The position numbers and the translations under genes were made by a program. From Podarcis melisellensis (Eukaryota), in NCBI GenBank assembly GCA_964234715.1, contig OZ174282.1: a stretch of DNA of 64,000 nucleotides; one strand, given 5' to 3'. Shown piece after piece: positions 24,501-36,500 of this stretch. The notes beneath the pieces are model-generated. The model had not been told where the DNA came from and searched no databases. It saw only the letters and a program-made list of their open reading frames with translations. Position 1 is the stretch's first letter. Every line of letters begins with the position of its first letter.

Positions 24501-27500
24501 TGTGTTTAAAACTGTTTCAGCTTCTATTTTCTCTCTAGATGTTTTCTTTACTTCGTAAAAAAGCTCTCAACGTCCCTTTCTGTCCTGAATGCGCAAAAGG
24601 CAAAATAAACTCAATCATAGCAGCAGAAGAATGCAAATAACAGCTGAGCTGCAAGTCTGCCTTACAACTATTCAAAGTCTCAAACTTCAAATTGCAATGG
24701 CAACCTCAAAACTGCATGTACGCAACTAAAGAAATGCATGAATGACTTTTTGCATATTTGTACAGAACATAAATCTACCACCTGAGACATCCCTGCCTCC
24801 GCTTTGATCTTCCTACAGAGGAAAGAACCACAACTGCACACTTTGCACATCATCAAAGTCTTCCCTCTCAGCTGCTCTCTGCTGAACAGCTGGACAGAAG
24901 GAAACCCAAAGAGAAGGATGATATCTAGCTGCCAACAGGCTCTATCATGTCCCCCTCTATATAATTCGGTTCCTTTTAGTTTCATGCCATAACCAAGACA
25001 TCTAACCTCCAGAGGCAGAAACTGCCCACCCACACAAAATACCTGGATGGTGAAAAATTGGATTCAGCCATTCTTTCAGTAAACAGCTATGGGTGAATTG
25101 GCAGTTCTAGTCTGCAGGAAAAAGTGAGAGTATGGAACTGGGTGATGTCCTAGGCATGTGGTTCAAGCATAGAAGCCAGCCATGTTCCCAAGATAGATGC
25201 AGATGCATCAGATGGGACATTCACTATGGTCTGAGTCAGCAGTGCAGCCCACAGGCTAGGCAGGCAACAAGGATGTCAAAAAGAATTACAGAGCAAAGCA
25301 ACTCTCATTCACAGCCTGAGACTCACATATAGAAAGCTGGGGGTGGGGGTGGGGTAAGGAATAGTTGTATATGCTCATATGCTAATAACATGCTAATATT
25401 TAATTTGCTGGAAGCTGCTCAGATGACAGAATATAAATTATAATTATAATTACTACTACTACTATTGAGAAGCATGCAACTGTTTCCCACCTCATTTTCC
25501 ATTTGCATGATCTATGCCTCAGTCTCCCCTCTTGTGGAATTCTCCAAAGGGCCACACACTGCAAGCTACCAAGCAGCCCAGAAGCCCCTCCTCCTAAAGG
25601 ACTCCCTTTCCTCTCCCCTGACCTCCTTTCCAAATCACAGCCGTGGCTGAATTTTCTATTACCTGTGGCTCCCTCCTTTAGTAATCACCCTGCACATCTG
25701 TCCACTAAGGCTTCCCTTAATTCCCTAGTCCTAAAGAACAGGGAATTCTGTAGACTTGGGGGAGGTAGCAGGCTGGGCTAAGCCAGGCATGGACCTGTTC
25801 ATTAAACATGTGTTGCTCACTGGTTTGGAAGAGGGGTGTTACTTCTAAAACTAAAAGTAAGCACAACAAGGGTAGGTAGGTTTGAACCTTGCTCTCTTTC
25901 CCTACTTCTGTAAGACATTTCCCACATGCCATGTGGTCCGTTTTGTGTTAAAAGGGAAACTCCCTCTTATAACCAAACCAATGAGCATGTGTTTGCTAGG
26001 CCTGGAATCACAGAATTATAGAGTTGAAAGGGACCCTGACGGTCATCTAGTCTAACCCACCCTTCATTGCAGGAATCTCAGCTAAAGCACCCAGGACAGA
26101 TGGCCATCCAACCTCTGCTTAAAAATCCTCCCACTCCTGGCCTGGCACGGTCACTGGCGTCGCCACATCTTCCCAAAACATCATCTCAGCAGCAAACGCA
26201 AATCTCTACATGGGTTTGAGTAGTAGGTGCAGAAAGCCTGTGCAAGTAAATATGGAGGTCTACCCTTATTTCCTCATCACAGCCCTTCCCTAGATGTTTA
26301 TAGATAACAAGCTGTGGCTTCTTGTCTAAAAGCCGGAGTGAACCAGCCATAATAGAATGTCAGGAAACCGCTCCATAGCCCTTCTGCCCTCATACAAAGA
26401 GTCACGTTCAAAGGAAGAACCCTTCCCACACCAAACTTTTCCTGAAAAAAGGAAATAAATAGGTTCATAAGAATAAAGAGCCTGCTGGGTCAGGCCAATG
26501 ACCCATCTGGTTCTTTCAATGCTTTGTAGGGTTTTTTTGTTTTACATTTTATTTCTTACATTTCTATCCCACCTTTCTGTGGCCAAGGGAGCATTCCTGT
26601 GGTTCCCAGGTGGTTTCCCATCCAGGAGTCAGACCAGGCCCAGGGTTGCTTAGCTATAGCAAAGTGGTGAGTTCTTGTGTCTTCAGACCTTATTCTGGGA
26701 TTAACTCACATTCCAAATCAGTTTTTTCATCCTGCTTCAGGTGAGGGGTGTTATTTACATTTTGCTTCCCTTCCAAGCTCCATTCGGTGCTCCCTATATC
26801 TCTCCAGAATACATCAGCCCTCCCTCCATCTCCTTATTTTGTACTAGCCTTCTCAGCTTTCCTTTATCGCCTGCTCCATCCTACCCAATTCTCTGCTTGC
26901 TTTCAGAGATTTATCCCAGTAACTGATGGCTCAACACAAATGCTGCCCACATACATTATTCTATCAATTGTTGTCAAACAACAAACTAACCTGCACAGTC
27001 AATTCCTTCCAACTCTGGCTTACTGCTGATTCTCCTTCTTTAGATAACCCAGTTTTTACTGTGGCATACCATAGCCCTTGTTTTAATTGTAACCTACCCT
27101 GGACCTTAGGGGTGAAGGGCGAGAATATATATATATATAATCCCAATGCCAGTTCTGAGAAGGGGCGGGCGGGCTCTTTACACGTGTACACAAGGAGGCA
27201 TGGTTACACCTGGTCTTTTTAAGGCTCAGAGGAGATTACTTTTTTTAAAAGCTGTGTTTTCCCTCTGCTCATTTTTGAAGAAGTTCAGGGCAGTGAAAAT
27301 GGGTTATATAGGTCAGCTCAAGGTTGATCAAGACCATCTCATGAGCTTCCTGGCTGATTTGTGCTTGGGTGGTGCCCATATCCAAGAACAATCTGAGGGG
27401 CCAGAAGCAAGACTGGTCCTCAGGTGCAGACCTCTGCGATCTACATGCCACAAGGTGCCCAGAATAGGTCACTTTGCCCTGCTACACCCCTACACGGAGG

Positions 27501-30500
27501 GAAAAGAGGCACACTCTGAAACTCTTCTTTCTTTCACAACATTTCTATACTGCTTGATAAAATCTCAAAGCAGTTTAAAGGTAAAGGTAAAGGGACCCCT
27601 GACCATTATATCCATTCGTGGCCGACTCTGGGGTTGCGGCGCTCATCTCGCTTTATTGGCTGAGGGAGCCGGCGTACAGCTTCTGGGTCATGTGGCCAGC
27701 ATGACTAAGCCGCTTCTGGCAAACCAGAACAGCACACAGAAATGCTGTTTACCTTCCCGCTGGAGTGGTACCTATTTCTCTACTTGCACTTTTGATGTGC
27801 TTTCGAACTGCTAGGTTGGCAGGAGCAGGGACTGAGCAACGGGAGCTCACCCGTCGCGGGGATTCGAACCGCCGACCTTCTGATTGGCAAGTCCTAGGCT
27901 CTGTGGTTTAACCCACAGCGCCACCCACGTCTCTTCAAAGCAGTTTAGAAACATAATAGAATGATCAGTAATAACAACAGGTAAAAGCAAATATTTAAAA
28001 CATTCAAAAATAATAAATATCAACAATAAACTAAACCAGATTAAAAGACATGACAGCTTCTACATGTCTGGAAAGTCTGCCACTTGCCTGAACAAAAACA
28101 TTCTTAGCAGGAAACCAAAAGGTGCACTGATGGTGCCTGCCCAATGTCAGTGAAACTCATTTATAGGTAACTTTTAAGGGCTCCTGCCTTGCTGCCTCTA
28201 GAAGCCCGTTTCCCCCGCAATTGTAACACCCACCCAGAAATGAAGGAAGTGCCACTTAAAAGAGGGCCCTATTTATCACAGGGCCTTCGAATGAGCATTG
28301 CTAGAAAAGCAGGATGATTGCTCTTCCCCTCATGGTGATCCCACAAGCATGTCTGGATTAGCAGAGATCAGCAGGGGGATTGCCAATGACCACGTAAGAC
28401 CCCACCATGAAATTAATCTCTCTCTCTAAGCACCACAAGCTCAGGGTTTCCCAGATGCTGACTGGAACTTGGTTCAGAATGCAAAACATATTTTATCTGC
28501 TGCTGCCCCCCCCCTCATTTGGCTGTTTTATTACTATTGTTTATTACTGATGTGACCTGCCTCAAATGCTTCCTCAGAAGTGGGAAGGCGACATAACAAA
28601 TCCTCTAATATATTTTTCCTCGGGAAAATATATTTATTGCTAAAAAATTAAAAGCCTTTGGAACTCACTGCCACAAGATGTGGCGATAGACACTAAACTT
28701 AGTACCACAGTAGGGTCACCCATGGGGATGTCACAGAAACAGAAAGAAACACACACAGCAATTCTTGCTCCATCTCTGATGTTTGAACATGTCCCTCTTG
28801 AATGTTTCCCAGAGGCACCTGTTTAGCTGCTGCAGGTGGAAACCAAGCACAGGGCTAGATTGAGTGTGAGTACAAAGAGGGATTAAAAGTAGGCTTTGGG
28901 GTAACTGCAGCACTGTAAGTGATCACAAGTAAACAGAAAGGGGCCATGGGCCTGCCAGTTTGGTGGTGAGTTTTTTTCCACAGGCATTGTTCTGCTCTCT
29001 GCCATTGGCTGTGCGACATGGCTGGTTTTGCAGTCAGCTAGTTTTTAGTCCAAAAAGCTCCCACAACGTACCTCGTGTGTTGGTGGCCATGTCTGCCACT
29101 TTCTGGAAGGCATCCAGGAAGGCCACTGCAGCCAGGACAGTAGTCCTAAAACATAAGGACAGAGAGAGAGAGAGAGCTCAGAGGGTTGGCGGTCTTCACG
29201 CAGGAACAGCACAAGCCATTTTGCCATCATCTCAAAGGGCTGGGTGGCTGCAACAAGTGAGTCGGCCTTATCTCATCCCTTCACAGCCAGACCAGACCTG
29301 CATTATTAACACTTAGGCCTAAACCTGCAATGCTGCCAAGACTCAGGTAATCAGAGGTCAAAAGTACAACTGGGCTAATAATTCTGAGAAAACCGAATCT
29401 TGTTTGCTTCTAAAATCTTGAGGACATCCAGTGCCTCTTGCTCAACTCTCCTCAGTTACCCTATTTAACAAATGATTTAAAGCCCACACTGTCAGCCTGT
29501 GGTCTGGAGAACTCTTGAAATTCCTCTGAAGCTTATCAGGGTCCCTGAGAGGCAGAGCGGTCCAGAAAGACTACGGGCTGACCACAACTGACCTTCTACC
29601 AACATCGCACCCCCCCTTACATGTACCTACCTTGCAAAGGAGCACATGGTGTGTTTCAGTGCACACTGTGTGTTTCAGCGCATACTCTGGGCTCTATGGA
29701 CACAGGCTGGCTGCAAGGCCAAGACAGCCAAGCTAGCAACCTGGGGATTCCATGTGCCAAACAGCTCAGAGGCATAGAGAGAGTCCCATGACACATCCAT
29801 GTGCACTGATGTTAAAAAGCCTGCATGTGACGAATCCTTACCCTAACTTCTAGGCCAAGCCAAACACCACACACCTGTCGTAGGTAGATCTTAAAGAACC
29901 AATCACAGCAATCACTATCAGGTGCCTTGCCCCCAGGAAATTGGGAGGGTAGGGGGAAAACCTACAATTTTCTTTTTGTGGGGGATGGGCAGCATTTATC
30001 TTAAGAATGAACTTAACCAGCTCAAATAGACTCTATGCCAGCACCAATGTTTCCTCAGCTTTCCAGTTTTCTTGGAACTATATTGCCTGCCCTGTTTTTG
30101 TTTCAGCTTCCTTCCTTCCCTCCTTATTCTTGTCTTTCCCCCTTAGGCCTCCCTTTCCCTGAGTTTCTCTCTGACGTCCTGCTGCCTTTGGCCACCTCAG
30201 GGCTGGCTCCTTGCCCTGCAGTCTGCCAACCTCTTCTTTACACATCATCTGGCCTCTGTGTTTAGCAGCAGCACTTGGAAACCGGGTGGGCTGTTCATGG
30301 CTGGCCCAAGCTTCTGAGGACTTTGCACTCCCTGCTCTCCCCAGTCTGAGCAACATAGGAAGCTGCCTCAATACCGAATCAGACTGCTAGGTCTATCTAG
30401 TGCAGCATTATGGTCTGGCAGCCAAGGGTTTCCAGGGTTTCAGACACAGACCATTCCCAGCCCTACCTAGAGCTGCCAGTAGAAATTGAGCCTCAAACAG

Positions 30501-33500
30501 TTTGCGTGCCAAGTAACCGGGCTAGTGACAGGGCCTTTTCAGTGGTGGTTCCCTGGCTGTGGAGTAGCTGACAAAATACTGTTTCAAGTAACTCTAAGAT
30601 CACTGGATGGAATAATGTTTTTAGCTGCTTCTAGAATTTTTTTTATAATTTAACTGCAACTGATTTTAGATGTTTTTAATTGTAGTTGTTTTTACAATGC
30701 TTTAAACAGATTTAAAATGTTTCCTTTTTTTATTTTGTTTCTTTATTTTAAAAGTTACATGTGTTTGCTGCCCTGGGTTTCTTGGAGAGGAAAGGAGGGA
30801 TATAAATCCAACCAATCAATTAATTAAAACAGAGGAGGCTCTTCCCAAAGAAAGGCTTTAAGCGCCAAGTTTGTCCAGCCTCCCCTTCTACTTATGGGTT
30901 GGCCTACACTCCTTGTTAGGCAGAGCCCAGAGCTTCCATCTCTCCCTCCCCAAACTAGCTCTGAGCCGATGTGGAGTTACTCTGTGTGCGGAAAAAGCGG
31001 AGGAAATAGAGAGCACTCTCTCCAGATAGGCAATGAGCACAAAAGGCGCTTTGGGAGAGTGGAAGGGGAACACAGTGCGCAAACAGCTGAGGAGATGCTG
31101 AGCGGAACACAAGAGGCTCTTTCAGCTCCACGGAGGGCTGAGAAACACCAGCGAAGCCAGGGGGGCTATTAATAGGGCAGCCGCACAAGGCATATCCGGC
31201 GACGGCAAAGCCAGGGTGGACGGGCTGAAAGGGCCCCTTCATAGAAGCCTTTGATATGCCAGAGGAGGTGGCTGGCAAGCAGAAAGGGGGAGGATTCCAA
31301 AAACTCTTGGGGAAAAGCAAAGCAAGGGGGTGACCCTGGGAACAAGGCTGGGGGGGGGGAGAGCAAGGCTCCTTTTGGGAACACTGGGGAGGAAACCTTC
31401 TTACTCAGCGTTGATTGGAAGCTGCTCACAGGGAAGGCAGTCGAGGCAACTTTAAACCTCTTGGGATCTCAACGGCATCGGGATCCTGAGGCCGTGATAT
31501 GTGGGGAGGGGGCTCTGCAGCTTCCCTCTGGATGCTGCAACTGCCTTGCCACTCTCAAAACCAGCCCCTTTGCTTCTGTTTTGCTGCATGGGAAGGAGCA
31601 ACATGGCTCAAAGAGAGACTTCACATATCACAATTTTGGCACATTTACCTGGGATTTAGGAGAGCCAGGGCTTGCATTCTTAGCTGCTGGAAGGAGCTGG
31701 TAATGAATCAAAGCCACTCTAGGCACTATGATGCTCATGTGTGGACTTATTTTATTTCACTGCAACAGGGAGGCAGGGCTCCAAGTTCAGCTGGAGTAGT
31801 GGGACAAAAGGGGGGGGCTTAGCTAATACCCTGATCATGTGACTCTGTAAGTCACAAGTAGCTTAAGTGGTGCCCTGTATTGTTGGGACTACAGTACAAT
31901 TTATCATCCTTGGCCACTAGCCATGCAGGATGGGACTAATGGTTTGGGGGAAAGCAGGGATTTTTATTGGGGAAAGGGCAATGGAGAAAGTCCATTAGCA
32001 CCTCTTGCTTGCTCCCCCCCCCCCACCAGCACAAAAGGAAGCCTTGTCCATATTGTGTCATCAATACAAAGAATTTACAGATTGAATTAATAATCTTTCA
32101 TTAATTAACAACTTCTGTGCTGTTAAATTGTGCATAATAACTCATTGGGGTTATATATGTTCCTATACTTTCCAATTCCAAAAAATCTTACTCAACTCTC
32201 AACTGAGTAACTTTCCAATTTACTCTGCTTTCTTGTCTGAGTAAAATTAGTAAGTTTCATCATACTAAAATCCCAGACATTTTCACAGCCATTGAAAGCT
32301 TGTTGTAGCCTCCTATTTCTTGTTATACGTGAAATACATATTCCGGCAGCCATTAAAAGATAAATAACCATTTCCTGATCTTCCTTAGAGAGTATTATTT
32401 CTGTATGATCAAAAAGAACGACTAACGGATGTAGTGGGAGTTTATGGCCTGTCTTGTCTTCTGTATCATTGTTCCTAAAATTCCTTTATTTTAAGGCAAG
32501 ATCCATCCACTGGTGTGGATGTCAAGCAGCAGAATATCAGTGACTATTAAGACAGGGGGAAATGGGATTGCGTGGAAGGTAGTGTGCCAAAAGTGCACAC
32601 AGAAAAATTGAATATGCAGGACTTGTTTGCGGCTTAAGAGCTGCTGTCCGGAAGCATCCTCAGTCTCTGTGGAGAGAAGCATCATCCGCACAATCACTTG
32701 TAAAACTTCTTAAGGTTTGTGCTCATATCCACTTGAGTTGCAGAGTTCCATATGCATTTCCAGCTGTCTAAAGCAATATTTATCTGCAGATCTCGCTCCC
32801 ATTTACCTTGCTAGGGATAAGGGCAAATATCTGATTCTGGCAATACTTTATATAATGTACTCATTAGTATCTGGAGAACTCACGCCTTTCTCAAAATATA
32901 CACATTCCTTTAGGAGCCTGTGTTTCCAGATTAATGGCTGGACCAGGTGGCAAGTACCTGGAAGCACTGGAACCATCACAGAAGGTGAGCCCAAGGCTTC
33001 TGAGCAAGACAACATGTCTCCATGGCACAGTATATTTTCGTACTTTCACTGGATTATCTTGCTCCCGAAAATATCCTCATTTTTTACTTCAATATTATAG
33101 CACATCAGAGTAAGAGGTGGCAATCCTGGAGACAGTTTATTATTATTTTATTATTAACCAAAGAATCCTTCAGTTCCTTGTGCCACCTCAATCAAAGCAA
33201 CCTATACTCTCTCTGTTGCAAAGGCGTGACACAATGGACCCCTAGCTCATTATTATCCAGCATAGATAACCAAGAAGTGCTCAAGGGCTCAGCATTAAAA
33301 TGGGAGGTCTCACAGGGTGCCCCAGGGCTCTGTCCTAGGCCCTCTGCTGTTTTATAAAAGACTTGGAGGAGAACATAGAGAGTGCTTATCAAAACTGCAG
33401 ATAATGCAAAACTGAGGGGTAGCTAACACTACAGAAGACAATATCGAGGGTTAAAACTGCCTTGACAGGCTGGAAAGCTGGGCTGAAACCAAGAATGTAA

Positions 33501-36500
33501 ATTCAATAGAAATGAATGTAAAATCCTCCATTTAAGTACCTAAGGGCCAAAGGTACAAGGATAGGATGCAGAGACACCTAGCTTGGCATCCAGATGACAT
33601 CTTTCCACTGATTACTAAAACCTACCAGCTCTTAGCTGATTGCATCAGATCTGCAATTAATTTCACACACCAACCCCTGAATTCCCTTTTCTCTGTAAAA
33701 CACGTACAAGACTGTTGTCATGGTGTAATTCACAAGGCCACTGACAGATGGCACTAGCCCTGCAAACTACAGCGTGATGACAATTAGGAGGAGTGTGGAA
33801 ACTGGAGGACAGGAGGTTAAAGCTGAAGCAAAGGAGGGGGGAAAGGGACTGAAGGAGGAGATGAGGCAGAGGAGAAAGGGTGCACAGCTGAGGAAGAGCC
33901 TCCTGAGAAAGGGAGGACGACTTTTGTGGGGTGGGGTGGACCAAAGGTGATAGCCCTGTCTGCCAATTTTATTTCAATTGCTTACAAAGAGCTCTGTTTG
34001 GCCATTCCTTCTGGGAACAGGCCAAACAGATGCGCCAAACTGCCCCAGACCTCTCCACTCATCAGCTGATCCAAAGGGAGATCAAGTTAGCTTGACCTGG
34101 GTTCATGAGAGAGCTCCCTGCTCCATTTGCTGGGCTTTGGAGTCTTGAAGTTTGGACTTCAAAGTACCTCACAAGCAGCAATGTGGTACTAAAAGGAAGG
34201 CAAAAACCTTCTTTTTAGCAGCATGCAGCTGCCTGAGAGGCTATTTAATGTCCAGGCTTAGAAGCATGATGCCATTTGTGACATCACTTGACTGGCAGGT
34301 GGATAGACTTGCCCACCTGTCAATTTTGGACCACAAGGCAGATCCTGGTAAGGATATGGCTTGCAGAGCCAAAATGGTTCCCCACCCTGGGCTAAAGGGG
34401 GTGTTGTAAGTGGAGGAAACAGGGGCACAGTCCCTAGTTTTTCGTTTTTTTTAATCCCATGATAACACCAGACTATACTCTATCCTTCCTCCAGCAAAAT
34501 GTCAAGAAACTCAGGTGTGATATAACACTAGCAGTGTTTTCCATAAATTTTTGAACTGTGATCAGAGTGATTTGTACAGGATTTTTTTTCTGATGCCCTA
34601 CATAATATTCTCATTTATCATGTTTATTTTGCATTTGATTAGTAAACAAGATTAAAAACTTTGAAACTGCCAAGGTTGCCCGATATTGTACTTACAGTTG
34701 GCATCCACTCATTGCAACTAGCACACTCATAAAATATAATAGTGTGCATGTGTAAAAGAAGGCATTAGAAAAAATTATGCCCAAGGTAACTGTTAAAAAA
34801 ACCAACTGCCACAGGTGCTTTTAGCAGACTAACTGAATATAGGCAAATAGGCAAAACTGAGGCAGGCTCTACTCAAATACTGGGTTGGGCCACAAAGTAG
34901 TGTTTGGAAAGGTGCTTTTCCCTAAAGAATACCAGGAATATGCTATATTCTTCACTTGAACCCTTTAGTGCTGCTGAGACACTCACTTTGTTCAATTAAC
35001 TAAAAAAAATAAAATAGAGGTTCCACACAAAGCCTTAAAATAGCATTGTATTATCTATTATTCTCAAGATCCTTCTATAACATTAACTCACAAGAAAATC
35101 CTGTTCATGAAAGGTTTTCAGAAGCTTTAATTAAAAGTTTACTCCTTATAGAATGATCCCATTTTATGTTACCTGGCATCAATTATGAACAGCCTATTAA
35201 TTGCCCCTTGAATGGACTTGGTTAATTGCCGGCCTAGGGTCAGTTTCTGTTCCCATGGGGTGGGGGCTTGGATTACAGATTTCCTTGTGTAAGTGTGTCT
35301 CCATACACACACACCCTCATTTTTATATAGCCAAAAATGTATTCTGCTATTTTTTAAAATGATTTTTTTAAAAAAGAAAAATGATAAATGGAGCTTTCCC
35401 CTCCCCATGGGAACCACAACCAATATTAAGGCAATTAAGAAAAGCTATTCAAGAGGATATTAAAAGCTACTCACCACTAATCTTGAACCAGTGCTAATCA
35501 CAAAGCTATGAGTTAAATCTGCAAACAGGAACTGTTTAATTAAAAAGGCAAAGGAGCCATTAAAAGACTCAATAGCACTTTGCCTGTAGATGGGCTGGTA
35601 CTTCAATTTTGTTTTGTTACAAAAAGAAAAAGGGCCACAAGGTCGGAAAAGTATTGAGAGAAAATAAAAACCCCTAAGATACAAAGAACTGACAACAAGA
35701 TCACAGTGATGATCCATCAAAAGGGAGAGAATGGCAGTTCCAGAGAAAAGAGCAGGCACACTTGTCTGAGAGAAAGCAGCTGACATGGAGGAGGCTGTGG
35801 CTTTGGCACATGCTTTTCTGTGATGGCTGGAAGGGGATGAAAAGGAGGATCAGAACATGCCCACCAGATCATGCTAAGAAATGGTACCTTCTTGTGGAGA
35901 GGGACATTCAGGTAAGAAATGGCGGGTGAAAGGAACTCAGGGGCCAACTATGCTGTTTCTGAGCAGCCGTATGGGTGGGACCTCTCATTACTGGCAGCAA
36001 AGCAACTAGGATTCTGCCCTCCCCATTGCTTCTAAAACTTCTTAACTTAAAGCAGTAAGTTATTTTATTTTTGCATTGAACCAGGGCATTCCCAGCTCAT
36101 TATGTGGTAGTCACAGCCTCCAGGGGTGCCAGCAGAATTTCCTGGGCCCATTTCAATGTATGTGAATTGAGCCCTATAACACACTCAGAAAAACTGACAC
36201 AGATCTGCACAGGTTTTGTTTCCCCACATAGAAATGAGGCAGGGTGGTTTTTTAAAAATACGACTTAGACTGCATTTCATCTGAAAGAAGACCTCCACCC
36301 AGCTTTTGGATCTAATGATATCCAAGGTAGCTTGCAGCAGATTACAATAATCCAAAAATCAGCTCTCATTCCTCTGGCCAGTGTCACTCAACTCCTAGAG
36401 TAGCTGCCAGCTGGAAAATATACACCACTTGGGGTTATTTGCCCAGCTTGCACTGCTGTTTGGCCAAGAGCGCCTGATGAAACCATAATCTGCCATGCAA

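Noticed and set aside
27146-27814. 222-aa ORF
   Set aside because: Runs into an antisense Sauria SINE; no coding signature.
27850-27930. tRNA-like A/B boxes (also 40550-40615)
   Set aside because: SINE heads, not tRNA genes; no complete cloverleaf.
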